Source of the DNA: Trueperaceae bacterium | GTDB lineage: Bacteria; Deinococcota; Deinococci; Deinococcales; Trueperaceae | Assembly: GCA_965213925.1 (NCBI GenBank) | Contig: OZ243927.1 | Span: forward strand, 3,584,001 to 3,648,000 | Length of the DNA: 64,000 nt | Reading direction: 5' to 3' | Position numbers and translations under genes: made by a program | Part shown: positions 47,426 through 57,051 of the stretch, piece after piece | How the letters are laid out: each line of letters starts with the position of its first letter | How positions within the stretch are numbered: position 1 is the stretch's first letter | Notes under the pieces: generated by a model | Seen by the model: the letters and a program-made list of their open reading frames with translations, nothing else | Databases searched by the model: none | Told to the model about the DNA's origin: nothing

Positions 47426-48165
47426 ATCTAATTCGAGCAATTCTTATCGCTTTTGCGCTTGTGACTTTGGCTGGATGCGGTAGTACATCGGATGAAACAC
47501 CTAAGAGTACGCCGGTGGGGGAGAAATCCTTGAATGCAGCTATCGGTACACTCAACTATAGCAACCGAGTTGGCACGAGCTTCATGCTCGTTTTTAACCT
47601 GGATGCGGCTCCACCTATAGAAGGCTTTGAGGTACAAATCTTTGGTCCTCGAGGCTGGAACGGGGGCGACCCGGCTAGACGCACTTTTCGTTATAATGAG
47701 GCGGGTAGGCACGCAACTTGGGTCAACATCTTTCGCGATAACGATGGCAATAGCATGGAAGCTGTGAGCGGTCCTTACATCATTCAAGCGGAGATTGACG
47801 GCGAACCGCGCCGCGCCGAAGTAGACCTTGATGCGAGCAAGCTTCTGCCTAAGCCAACGAATTTCACTGTGACGAAGGGGAGCATGTCCACCGTCACAGC
47901 ATCTTGGGGCGCTGTACCGGGTGCGGAGTCTTATCTAGTCGAACTTTTTGAAACAGAGACTGGCAATCTGGACGAGCCTGTTACCCTCTATACAACGACG
48001 TTGGAAGCCACGCTCGAGGGACTGAATCTCGAGGTCGGCGGTGAGTACCGGCTCGGGGTCTCTGCTCTACCCGTCGACTTCACCGATAGAGCAGCCAAAA
48101 CCCTACCGCAAGGGCAGTTCAACACCTCATTTACGAGCCAGCGGTTTGTTGTAACTGCTGAATAA
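47422..48165 (+). CDS. Lipoprotein with an FN3-like C-terminal domain
   Basis: Lipobox LAGC; P.PTNF.V......V..SW..VPGA.SY.V..L..GGEY.L.V.A. Confidence 0.78.
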   Translation: MNLIRAILIAFALVTLAGCGSTSDETPKSTPVGEKSLNAAIGTLNYSNRVGTSFMLVFNLDAAPPIEGFEVQIFGPRGWNGGDPARRTFRYNEAGRHATWVNIFRDNDGNSMEAVSGPYIIQAEIDGEPRRAEVDLDASKLLPKPTNFTVTKGSMSTVTASWGAVPGAESYLVELFETETGNLDEPVTLYTTTLEATLEGLNLEVGGEYRLGVSALPVDFTDRAAKTLPQGQFNTSFTSQRFVVTAE

Positions 48166-48191
48166 CTCCTTAAAACCTTACGAACACAGTC

Positions 48192-48234
48192 TAGGGCGAC
48201 TTTTCTTAAAGCTGTTATTAGAGGGGTTGTCCTA
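48192..48234. terminator. Hairpin between convergent genes
   Basis: TAGGGCGACTTTTCT ... AGAGGGGTTGTCCTA (pairs with G-U wobble). Confidence 0.45.
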
Positions 48235-48241
48235 ATTTACG

Positions 48242-48823
48242 CTAAGATCGGCTCGCCTCAGCCTCCGACGCCATCCCCGAGGCGTCACGCTGCTCCGCTA
48301 ACCAGCGCCCCCTCCTTAGCTCCATCTGCACGTCGGTACGCCCTTTCCCGGCGGGTACGCGCCTACGCTCTACGAAACCCACCTTCTTAAAGGCGCTCTG
48401 CGCGCGCGGGTTGTCCTCGAACGTACTGAGCGTCACGCGCTCCAAGCAAAGGTCCTCGAAGGCGTACGCCAAAAGCGCCCGGATCGCCTCGGGACCGAAC
48501 CCCTTACTCCAGTGCGATCTCTCGCCGATGATGATGCCCAGCGTCGCTTCGGTGCGCTTTATGTCGTAAAGCTCGATGGTGCCGATATAGACCTCTTGCG
48601 AATGCGTCGTGTCGAAGATGCCGAACGTCGCGCGGTCGCTCCTGCGGCTGTCCGCCTTGAGGATGCGTTTAAGTAACCAGAGGGGCATTCGGCTCGGCGG
48701 GGTGCCGTTGAGGTGCGCAATTTCGGGGTCGCGGAAGTGTTCGTAGACGCGCCGCCAAGCGTCTTGCTCCAGCTCAGCGAGCGGCTTGAGGACGACGCGC
48801 CCGTAGCCAAGAGGTGGGCTCAT
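48242..48823 (-). CDS. GNAT N-acetyltransferase (RimJ/RimL type)
   Basis: LGIIIGE..HWSKGFG.EA, N.RA...F.KVGF; TATAGT 6 nt before the ATG. Confidence 0.85.
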   Translation of the reverse strand: MSPPLGYGRVVLKPLAELEQDAWRRVYEHFRDPEIAHLNGTPPSRMPLWLLKRILKADSRRSDRATFGIFDTTHSQEVYIGTIELYDIKRTEATLGIIIGERSHWSKGFGPEAIRALLAYAFEDLCLERVTLSTFEDNPRAQSAFKKVGFVERRRVPAGKGRTDVQMELRRGRWLAEQRDASGMASEAEASRS

Positions 48824-48883
48824 CACTCTACTATAGCCTCATCTTTGGGCTGAGAGTGCGTCCTCTAAAGCAATAGCGGGCAT

Positions 48884-49699
48884 GTGAAATATCAGTTAAG
48901 CAGGGTGCCGAAAGATAAAGAGGGCGAGCAGGATTCAGAGCCTATCACCGCGCCTTCTAAATTCGTTCATACTGCGGAAGTGGACGAAGCCGCGCGGACG
49001 CTGCCCTTAAAAATAGAAGAGGTCGGCGTCGTCACCTCGACGCAGGACGTGATGAAAGCGCGGCTTTCAGCGGGCGAGCGCGTTCACGGTCTGGTGCTCC
49101 GCGCCGCAGCGCAGACGCTCGGGCGCGGGCAGAGAGCGCGGGCTTGGCAGAGCGGCGTGGGCGGCAGCTACCAGACGCTCGCCGTTCACCTGCCCGAACT
49201 GCGCGCCCTGCCCCATACTCAGCCTCGAGCCCCCCTCGCCGTCGCCCTAGGTCTAGCGCAAACCCTGCCGCGCTACGGGGTCAAAGTTGGCATCAAGTGG
49301 CCCAACGACCTCTTCTACCGCCGCAAGAAGTTAGCGGGTATCCTGCTCGAGTACGCCCACCAGCACCTCCTCATCGGCGTCGGCGTGAACGTGAATAACG
49401 AGGTTCCGCCGGGCGCGGTCGGGCTCAGAGGGTGGGACTTGGCGGGGGTCCACGCGGTCGTGTTGGAGGGGATACAGGTCGGTTTAGACTGGCTGTTCGC
49501 GCCCGGCCTCGCCGCGGCGTATGCGCCTTACGACCTGCTTTATGGGCAAGAGGTCGCGCTCGTGCAGAATAAAGAGAGGCTCGTGGGTCGCGCCGAAGGG
49601 GTGAGCGAGTCGGGCTGCTTGTACGTTTTGCGCGCGGACGAGAAGCTCGAGGTCTGCCAAGGGCATGTAGAGCGCTTTATGCTCCGCAGTGATAGGTAA
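48884..49699 (+). CDS. birA: Biotin--protein ligase (no N-terminal HTH); start uncertain
   Basis: STQD, QT.GRGQR.R.W.S, IKWPND, KLAGIL.E, GVGVNV. Confidence 0.88.
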   Translation: MKYQLSRVPKDKEGEQDSEPITAPSKFVHTAEVDEAARTLPLKIEEVGVVTSTQDVMKARLSAGERVHGLVLRAAAQTLGRGQRARAWQSGVGGSYQTLAVHLPELRALPHTQPRAPLAVALGLAQTLPRYGVKVGIKWPNDLFYRRKKLAGILLEYAHQHLLIGVGVNVNNEVPPGAVGLRGWDLAGVHAVVLEGIQVGLDWLFAPGLAAAYAPYDLLYGQEVALVQNKERLVGRAEGVSESGCLYVLRADEKLEVCQGHVERFMLRSDR

Positions 49700-49721
49700 C
49701 GTCCGTACCGCTCTACTGATA

Positions 49722-49921
49722 CACCGTTAATTAAGTATTGATACTTATTGCTGATGTCACCCTGTTCACGCAGTCAGACGAAGTCCGGCGAAGGCGTGAG
49801 GGTCTCGCCTTTCGTTCTCTGTCAGAGGAGTCAGCAAGGTCAGAGATTCTTTCACTCCACGGAGCCTGCCCTGGTGAGGGTTCCGCTCAGAATGACATGC
49901 TTCATTTTTTAGCTAACAGAG
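49722..49921 (+). mobile_element. MITE-like ~200 bp repeat, copy 2 (apparently complete)
   Basis: TA|CACCGTTAATTAA ... TTAGCTAACAGAG|TA; inner inverted ends TGTCACCCTG / CAGAATGACA. Confidence 0.78.
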
Positions 49922-50167
49922 TACTGAAGACGCCGCAGACGAGGGCTTTACGTTCTTATTGAGCATAGCTGCGCGGCAGAATCAGTGGGACGGCGTTCGA
50001 AGAGGTCTATCAGTGTAAATAGAAATTGCGACTTGATTTACACTGTGTTGTCAGCTAAAGACGTGTGTAATCTAACCCATTCAATGAAACCATGTAGAAT
50101 AGTATGAATATACTTATAGCAAGTCTCAATCTACATGCAAACGATTTCTTAATTGAAGGGGAAAGTC

Positions 50168-50812
50168 ATGGCTGAAACGATACGGGTACTGCTCGCGGAC
50201 GACCATCCGCTGGTGCGCTCAGGCATCCGCGCGACGTTAGCGGGCGAGCCTGGGGTGGAACTGGTCGGCGAGGCGACCGACGGCAACGAGGCTCAGGAGA
50301 TGTGCTCGGCGCTGCGCCCTCACATCATGCTGCTCGACCTCAGTATGCCCGGACCTTCTCCCTTAGAGACGATCGCTTACGTACGTGAACAGACCGACGA
50401 GACGAAGGTCCTCATCCTCACCGCTTACGACGACGACACCTATATCCGCGGGCTGATGGGCGCAGGTATCGACGGGTACCTGCTCAAAGACGAGGCGACC
50501 GAAGCGCTCATGAACGCCATCATCACGATTCACGGCGGCGGCACGTGGTTTAGCCGCTCGGTCGCGCAAAAGATGTTCGAGTGGCGCTCCGGGGAGAAGA
50601 GCGCCGCGTTCGACCTGACGCGGCGCGAGGAGGAGATGCTAGCGGGCATCGCCCAGGGCTGGGACAACCGGCGCATCGCCGACGAGTACTCCTTAGCGGA
50701 GCAGACGGTTCGCAACTACATTAGCCGCATCTACGACAAGCTCAACTTGCACTCGAGGGCTGAAGTCGTGGTCTGGGCGCGGCAGCAGGGCTTCGCTAAA
50801 GATTCAGTTTGA
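50168..50812 (+). CDS. NarL/LuxR-family response regulator
   Basis: LADDHPLVR.G, LLDLSMP, GYLLK, LT.RE...N..IA....EQTVRNYISRIY.KL. Confidence 0.93.
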   Translation: MAETIRVLLADDHPLVRSGIRATLAGEPGVELVGEATDGNEAQEMCSALRPHIMLLDLSMPGPSPLETIAYVREQTDETKVLILTAYDDDTYIRGLMGAGIDGYLLKDEATEALMNAIITIHGGGTWFSRSVAQKMFEWRSGEKSAAFDLTRREEEMLAGIAQGWDNRRIADEYSLAEQTVRNYISRIYDKLNLHSRAEVVVWARQQGFAKDSV

Positions 50813-50832
50813 GCCTGCGCTCGCTCTTAGCA

Positions 50833-51043
50833 CACCGTTAAGTAAAAAATGAGCTATGTCATTCTGAACGAAGCGAAGCGGAGTGAAAGAATCTCGTCCC
50901 CTATTCTCGATTAGCTGAGATTGCGAGTTACAGAGTTTTGGCAGTAGCCAATCACGGAGTTTTAGCGTAGCTAAACGAGACCCTTCGTCAACCAGGCTTC
51001 GCCGTACTTCGTGAACAGGGTGACAACAGTGTTGATGTACTTA
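50833..51043 (-). mobile_element. MITE-like repeat, copy 3 (inverted, divergent centre, one end eroded)
   Basis: CACCGTTAAGTAAAAAATGAGCTATGTCATTCTGAACGAAG..AAGAATCTC ... CGAGACCCTT..CGTGAACAGGGTGACA. Confidence 0.72.
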
Positions 51044-52267
51044 GGTCGCTACGGGCTCCCCGAGTGCAATGTTCTGACGGTGCGGCGCAGTCTCTAGGGG
51101 CAGCCAGACGCTGAATACCGCGCCGCCCGCTTCGCTATTCGCCGCTAAAACTCGTCCGCCGTGCAACTCGACCAACGCCCGCACGATCGCGAGCCCTAAG
51201 CCGCTCCCGCCCGTTGTGCGCCCTCGACTCACGTCGGCGCGGTAAAAACGGTTGAAGACCTTGCCGAGCGCCTCCTCGGACAGCCCCCGCCCCGAGTCGA
51301 TGACGCTCAGCTTGACCTCGCCCGCGCAGCGCTCCGCGCGCAGCGTCACCTTACCCCCCGGCGGCGTGTGGCGCAGGGCGTTGCTGAGAAGGTTTCCCAT
51401 CACCTGTAAGAGCCGGTCGGGGTCGGCGCGAACGGGCAAGGAGCCGGGCAGCTCGAGCCCGATCGTGGTTCCCTTAGCCCTGGCACCCCCAGCGAACGCC
51501 GCCTTGCATTCCCTCACGAGTTCGGTGAGGTCGACCTCGCGGCGCTCCAAAGAGAGCCTGCCTGCGTCCGCGAGCGAGAGGGTGCGCAAGTCGGCGACGA
51601 GCCGCGACAAGAGCTGCGTCTGTTTCGTCAGCGTGCCGAGCGCGTCCGCGTCGAGGGGCAACACGCCGTCCTCCATCGCGTCAATATGACCCTGCAAAAT
51701 CGTCAGGGGCGTGCGGAGTTCGTGCGCGATGTCGGCGATCATCGCCTGGCGCTCGCGCTCCAAGCGCTCCAAAGACTCCGCCATCGCGTTGAAGTTGTGG
51801 GTGAGTTCGCCGATTTCGCCGACATGCCTGGGCGAAGGCGGCACGACGCGGGCGCTCAGGTCGCCGTGCGCCACCCGCCGCGCCGCTCTCGACACGTTGG
51901 TGATCGGCTTGGAGATGTGCCGAGCGATGAGGAGCGCGACCAGCGCGCCGAAAGGAACGGCGACGAGCGCAGCGATGAGGAGCGAACGTAACCGCCCGTT
52001 GATGATATTGAGTAGCACGTCGAGAAACCGCTCGAAGTTTTCGTCCGAGATGAGGAGCGTTTGAAAGAGGTCCTTGACGAGCAGAAGCTGCTCCGCGTCC
52101 GAGAGGTTAGGGTCCTCGACCACCCGATCGATACCGTTGCGGAAGTCGGTGGGCAGGCTCTCGTACTGCCGCGACATGCTGTACATCTCGATCACGACGA
52201 GGAGCGCGATGGTGCTCGCGACCGCCGTGACGATAAAGATAGTGAGGCGAGCTGCGAGCCGCTTCAC
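51041..52267 (-). CDS. HAMP sensor histidine kinase (BaeS-like)
   Basis: Two TM segments, HAMP, ADIAHELRTPL, NLLSNALRH, DSGRG, GGSGLGL. Confidence 0.93.
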   Translation of the reverse strand: MKRLAARLTIFIVTAVASTIALLVVIEMYSMSRQYESLPTDFRNGIDRVVEDPNLSDAEQLLLVKDLFQTLLISDENFERFLDVLLNIINGRLRSLLIAALVAVPFGALVALLIARHISKPITNVSRAARRVAHGDLSARVVPPSPRHVGEIGELTHNFNAMAESLERLERERQAMIADIAHELRTPLTILQGHIDAMEDGVLPLDADALGTLTKQTQLLSRLVADLRTLSLADAGRLSLERREVDLTELVRECKAAFAGGARAKGTTIGLELPGSLPVRADPDRLLQVMGNLLSNALRHTPPGGKVTLRAERCAGEVKLSVIDSGRGLSEEALGKVFNRFYRADVSRGRTTGGSGLGLAIVRALVELHGGRVLAANSEAGGAVFSVWLPLETAPHRQNIALGEPVAT

Positions 52268-52295
52268 GTCGTTACGTCCTGTTTCATGATCCCCC

Positions 52296-52970
52296 TTATT
52301 CTGCCAAGCGGTAGCCCACGCCGCGCACCGTTTGGAGAAGCCCGTCCGCGCCCTGTTCGCCCAACTTACGGCGCAAGTTGCGCAGGTGAACGTCTACAAC
52401 GCGCTCGAGCGCCTCGCTCTCGGGCAGCGCCGCCTCCAAGAGTTCGGCGCGGCTGAAGGTGCGCCCTTCGGACCTCGCCATGTGGTAGAGCAAGCGAAAC
52501 TCGGTCGCGGTGAGCGGCAGCGTCGCGCCGTGCACGGACGCTGTAGTGCGGCGCGGGTCGACCTCTAAAGGACCGACGCGCGCCGGGGCTTCGCTCAAGG
52601 GCTCGTGCAGGTGAGCGCGGCGCAAGACCGCTTTCACCCGCGCCATCACCTCGCGCGGGCGGAAAGGTTTAGTTACGTAGTCGTCCGCGCCTAGCTCGAG
52701 CCCCACTAACTTATCGACCTCTTCCGCTCGAGCCGAAAGCATGATCACGGGCGTCATGCTTTCGGCGCGGATCGCCTTCAGGACCTCCACGCCGTCGAGT
52801 TCGGGCAACATGATGTCTAGGAGCACCAGGTCAGGGCGGCTCGCCCGAAAGAGCGTCAGCGCCGCTCGGCCGTCTTTCGCCCGCTCGGTGCGGTAGCCCG
52901 CCCTCTGCAAGTAGCCCTCTAACACCCTGGCAATATCTAATTCATCTTCAACGACCAACACGAGCGCCAT
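52296..52970 (-). CDS. OmpR/PhoB-family response regulator
   Basis: LVVEDE, LLDIMLP, GADDYVTKPF, LT.TEF.LL, DVH..NLR.KL, TVRGVGY; ATG 7 nt after TACAGT. Confidence 0.94.
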   Translation of the reverse strand: MALVLVVEDELDIARVLEGYLQRAGYRTERAKDGRAALTLFRASRPDLVLLDIMLPELDGVEVLKAIRAESMTPVIMLSARAEEVDKLVGLELGADDYVTKPFRPREVMARVKAVLRRAHLHEPLSEAPARVGPLEVDPRRTTASVHGATLPLTATEFRLLYHMARSEGRTFSRAELLEAALPESEALERVVDVHLRNLRRKLGEQGADGLLQTVRGVGYRLAE

Positions 52971-53108
52971 GTCCCTTACTGTAGCGCTTCGGCGAACGTC
53001 TGTCATCTGCGGCGTCTTGTCTCGCATCACGTTCACTATAAGAGGCGCTTGTTAAGGTCTCACGAAGAGAACGGTTGAGCGCGCCCTGTTCGTGATACGC
53101 TCCCCTAC

Positions 53109-54122
53109 GTGCCCGATGTCCTTAGCGCCCAAGACCTCACCCTCTCCAAAGAACGCACCCTCCCCCGGTTCAGCCCGCCGCCGCGCTTTGGCGAGACGAG
53201 CTTCGCAGGCTATAAGCCGCAGCATCCGAGCCAGGCGGAAGCCTCTAAAAAGAGCCAAACATTCGCTCAAGAGGTGACGCAGCGCGAGCCGACGGGCTTC
53301 CGCTGGCCCTGGCAAAAAGAGCGCGTACAACAGGGGCGCGGTCTCTACCTAGACGGCGGCTTCGGCACAGGCAAGACGCACCTCTTAGCGGCGGCGTATC
53401 ACGCCTGTGATGCGCCCGAAGCGGACAAGGCGTACTTGTCGTTTCAAGAGCTGGTCTACGTAATCGGCGCACGGGGGATGGCGCAGGCGAAAGAGAAGCT
53501 CACCTACAAGCTCTTCTGCGTCGACGAGTTCGAACTCGACGACCCCGGCAATACTCTCATTGTTAAGACCTTTTTGTCGCACGCTTTCGAGCGCGGCAGC
53601 TTCGTCATGACCACCTCGAACACGCCGCCCGAGGCGCAAGGGCAAGGGCGCTTTAACGCCTCGGACTTCAAGCGCGAAATCCAGAGCATCGCGGAGCGTT
53701 TTGACGCCGTGCTTTTGGAGGGTCCAGACTATCGGCAGCGCGACCACTTGGCGGAACTCATCAGTGAGGAGAGGTTGCAAGACCTTCTCGAGACCGAAGA
53801 CGCCCCGACGCCCAAAGTCCACCTCCAGTGGCGCGAACTCCTCACCCTCTTAGGCGAGCATCACCCCATCCGCTACAGCGACCTCTTAGGGCAGATCGGC
53901 ACGCTCTACCTGAGCGGGATGCGCGCGCTACCCGAGCAAAACGACGCGCTCAGATTCGTATACTTCATCGACAAGCTCTACGACCTCAAGGTGGGCTTTC
54001 GCGGGTCGGGCGAGGTCGCTTTGGAGGACCTCTTCAGCGCGAACTACCGCAAGGGAGCGTACGCCAAGAAGCACTACCGCTGCTTGTCGCGGCTCTCGGA
54101 GCTGTTAGAAGAGACATACTGA
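53109..54122 (+). CDS. zapE: AFG1-family ATPase ZapE
   Basis: GLYLDGGFGTGKTHL, DEFELDDPG, TSNT.P, GPDYR, RF..FIDKLYD, RCLSRL. Confidence 0.88.
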   Translation: MPDVLSAQDLTLSKERTLPRFSPPPRFGETSFAGYKPQHPSQAEASKKSQTFAQEVTQREPTGFRWPWQKERVQQGRGLYLDGGFGTGKTHLLAAAYHACDAPEADKAYLSFQELVYVIGARGMAQAKEKLTYKLFCVDEFELDDPGNTLIVKTFLSHAFERGSFVMTTSNTPPEAQGQGRFNASDFKREIQSIAERFDAVLLEGPDYRQRDHLAELISEERLQDLLETEDAPTPKVHLQWRELLTLLGEHHPIRYSDLLGQIGTLYLSGMRALPEQNDALRFVYFIDKLYDLKVGFRGSGEVALEDLFSANYRKGAYAKKHYRCLSRLSELLEETY

Positions 54123-54139
54123 CCTCTACAGCAGGTGCG

Positions 54140-54778
54140 TCATACTGCGGATGACCGGGCGGCTTCCCCTAGCAGCGCGCTCACCTCGTCGTCGCTCGTC
54201 TGCGAAAACTGCTCGTACCACGCGCCGACGCCGTAAAAGTTTTCAGGCGTTTTCAAGCAGATGACCTCATCCACTTCTGTTTTTAGTTCAGCGCAAGAAT
54301 CCACCGCCGCAACCGGCACGGCGGCAGTCAGGTGTTCGGGCTGCAGCGCCTTACACGCCTGCACCGCCGCTCGCATAGTCGCGCCCGTAGCCAGACCGTC
54401 GTCGACTAGGATAACCGTGCGCCCTTGCACCTTTGGCGCACCGCGTTCGCCTCGGTAGCGCTGCTCACGCCGCGCCAACTCGCGCTGCTCGCGTTCAGTC
54501 ACTTCATTTAGGTAGTCCTCGGAGACCCTGAGCCTCCGGATAAGGTCGTCGTTCAAGACCCGCACGCCGCTCGCGACCGCGCCTAGCGCCAACTCCTCGC
54601 GCCGCGGCGCGCCGAGCTTGCGCACCACGAACACGTCGAGCGGGCTTTCCAAAGCTTTGGCCACCTCGAAGGCGACGGGTACGCCGCCTCGAGGCAGCGC
54701 TAACACGAGGGCGTCCGAACCGTAGTGCGAGAGCGCCGCGGCGAGCTTGCGTCCCGCGTCGCGCCGGTCCTTATACAT
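54140..54778 (-). CDS. Phosphoribosyltransferase-family protein
   Basis: DR.DAGR.LA, LPRGGVPVA, VRKLGAP, ILVDDGLATGAT. Confidence 0.9.
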   Translation of the reverse strand: MYKDRRDAGRKLAAALSHYGSDALVLALPRGGVPVAFEVAKALESPLDVFVVRKLGAPRREELALGAVASGVRVLNDDLIRRLRVSEDYLNEVTEREQRELARREQRYRGERGAPKVQGRTVILVDDGLATGATMRAAVQACKALQPEHLTAAVPVAAVDSCAELKTEVDEVICLKTPENFYGVGAWYEQFSQTSDDEVSALLGEAARSSAV

Positions 54779-55568
54779 AGCGGCGCTTGCGCCGCTGACC
54801 CAACACGTAGCGCCCTAGGGAGTAGAGCGTCAGCGCCGCGGCGACAAGCGCTCCGACGACGACCAGCAGCTCCGATCCCCACTGCTTCGCGGCGATACCT
54901 ACAAACGCCCAGACTAAAACGAGATTGAAAGCCGCGTCGCCTTTGTTCTCTAGCATGAGATAGCCGACGCCGACAGCAGCGGCGATGGCGATAACCGTCC
55001 AGAGGGGCGCGAGCCACCCTCCCGTGACGCCGTAGTTGAGCAGCGTGACGGACGTATTCGCGACCGTCGCCACCGTGATCCAGCCCAAGTAGACGCTGAA
55101 CGGGAGCCGGACGCAAAAGGCCTCAGCGCGCGAGACCTCGCGCTCACCGGTGCCCAACTTCAAGTAGCACACGATGAGCGACGCGAGCAGACCGAACATT
55201 AGAAGCTGCGACAGGCCGATCGCGCCGTAGTGCCACGCGAGCAGCCAGGAGACGTTGAGCAAACAACTGAGGGCGAACCAGTAACCGAGCCGTTCTAAGC
55301 GCGGGTTGTCCTTCTGTGAGGGCAGTGCCTGGTAAACGACAAAAACGAGGAGCAGCGTGTAGATGAACCCCCAAATGCTAAACACATAGCCCGCCGGCGT
55401 GAAGAGGCTCGGGAAGGTGTCGGAGACCTCACCCGTCGTCACGCCGTTGATGGGCAAGATATTCGCCAGCGCATTGATGGTGAGGACCGTGCCTAGCGCG
55501 AAGATATTCGTGATCTGCCGCTTGACCGTGGGGCTAAGCGCGCTCGAGCTTGCCGCTTGTGTTGCCAT
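54771..55568 (-). CDS. TspO/MBR-like tryptophan-rich membrane protein
   Basis: TTGEVSD..P.LFTPAGYVFSIWG.IY, LN..W, Y.GWITVAT.AN. Confidence 0.8.
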   Translation of the reverse strand: MATQAASSSALSPTVKRQITNIFALGTVLTINALANILPINGVTTGEVSDTFPSLFTPAGYVFSIWGFIYTLLLVFVVYQALPSQKDNPRLERLGYWFALSCLLNVSWLLAWHYGAIGLSQLLMFGLLASLIVCYLKLGTGEREVSRAEAFCVRLPFSVYLGWITVATVANTSVTLLNYGVTGGWLAPLWTVIAIAAAVGVGYLMLENKGDAAFNLVLVWAFVGIAAKQWGSELLVVVGALVAAALTLYSLGRYVLGQRRKRRYV

Positions 55569-55730
55569 GCTGACCTCCTAGAGATAGTGTTTCCGAAGAA
55601 CTTCGTTAGAAAAACGACCTGACGCTCAGGTTGAAGGTGAGAACCGTCGCCGCTTCACTGAAGCGTCTGCTGAAGAGCGCGGTGAGTTCGAAGTCGCCTA
55701 GCGCGGTGTAGGTCACTGTTGGAATGAATT

Positions 55731-55920
55731 CTACTCCTGTTTAGCCGTGTAGCGCATCGCCTTAGCCGGTGCTGTATTCGCCGCGATACGCGCGGGCTAC
55801 AGCGCGGCGAGGATCGCGGCTGCAGCGGCGAAGCCGACGGCGAGGAGCACCTGCCAGGGTTCTATGGAGTAGAAGACGTTCGGCAAGACGAATAGCGAAT
55901 AGATGACGATGACGCCCGTA
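55731..55920 (-). pseudogene. Remnant C-terminus of an FtsX/LolC-E/MacB-type ABC permease
   Basis: ..LPNVFYSIEPWQVLLAVGFAAAAAILAAL*PARIAANTAPAKAMRY.. with an in-frame TAG at 55797-55799 and no N-terminus. Confidence 0.6.
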
Positions 55921-55982
55921 CAGGCTGACAGCGACGCGCTCGAAGATTCTTTGCAGAGAGCTACGTCGATGACGCAAATCCT

Positions 55983-56903
55983 CTAACGCTTAGCAGGCGC
56001 AGCCTCTAACGCCGCGTAGCGCACGCCTGTGAGCCGCTCCGACTCCGCCCACAACTGCCGCGCCACCCCGACATCTTGCGACTCCTCCGAGGAGTCCACC
56101 CGAGTCGGATAGCCTCTTATCTCCTGAAACCCGCTCGGACCGAAGTATTCGTTGCCCCGCACGTCCGGCGCGATCGCCGCGTAGAGCGTCGGCAGTGCGC
56201 CCATCTCCGGCTCTTGCATGATGAGGTTGAGAAGCGGTCGCCAGAGGCGCGACATGTTGCTCTGTAGGTTCGTTTTGGTGCCACCAGGGTGCGCGGCGAC
56301 GGCGATGGTGTCGGTGTCCGCGGCCTCCAGACGGTTTTGCAGCTCCAAGGTAAAGAGCAAGTTCGCCAATTTGCTGCGCCCGTAAGCTTGCCAGGGTTTG
56401 TAGCCCTGTTCCGCCTGGAGGTTCTCGAAGTCCATCTCGCCCATGCGGTGTGCGCCGCTGCTAACCGTGACGACTCTCGAGCCCTGCGCCTTTAGCAACC
56501 GCTCCAAAAGGTGTCCCGTCAGCGCAAAGTGCCCCAAGTGATTTGCGCCGAACTGCAACTCGAAGCCGTCTTCTGTCGTCGTGTAGGGCGGCACCATCAC
56601 GCCCGCGTTATTGACGAGTAAATCAAGGCGGTCGTACTTCGCTTTGAAACTCTCGGCAAAGGTGCGCACCGAGGCGAGGCTCGCCAGGTCGAGCGGGATG
56701 ACCTCTAGGTCAGCCGCCGGAACCTCTCGCCTGATCTCCTCAGCGGCGGCGCTGGCTTTGTCCAGGTTGCGACACGCCATGACGAGCGTGGCACCTCTAT
56801 TTGCTAACGCCTTCACGGTCTCCAAGCCGATGCCGCTGTTCGCGCCCGTCACGACCGCTACGCGCCCGGTCTGGTCGGGGATGTCTGCTGCGCTCCATCT
56901 CAT
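55983..56903 (-). CDS. SDR oxidoreductase (retinol dehydrogenase-like)
   Basis: VTGANSGIG, NNAGVM, NHLGHF, YGRSKLAN, HPG; ATG after GGAGG. Confidence 0.92.
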   Translation of the reverse strand: MRWSAADIPDQTGRVAVVTGANSGIGLETVKALANRGATLVMACRNLDKASAAAEEIRREVPAADLEVIPLDLASLASVRTFAESFKAKYDRLDLLVNNAGVMVPPYTTTEDGFELQFGANHLGHFALTGHLLERLLKAQGSRVVTVSSGAHRMGEMDFENLQAEQGYKPWQAYGRSKLANLLFTLELQNRLEAADTDTIAVAAHPGGTKTNLQSNMSRLWRPLLNLIMQEPEMGALPTLYAAIAPDVRGNEYFGPSGFQEIRGYPTRVDSSEESQDVGVARQLWAESERLTGVRYAALEAAPAKR

Positions 56904-57051
56904 AGTGTCCTCCGCCCTCATTATGCCCCTAAACGCTGTGCATTCAACCGCCGCGCCTTCCTCTGGAGTAGAAAGCGCGGTTTGTTGAACTAAAGGCACC
57001 CGCCTCAAGGAGAATAAGGGATTTACAAAAGCGAAGGGAAGCAGGCTCCTT

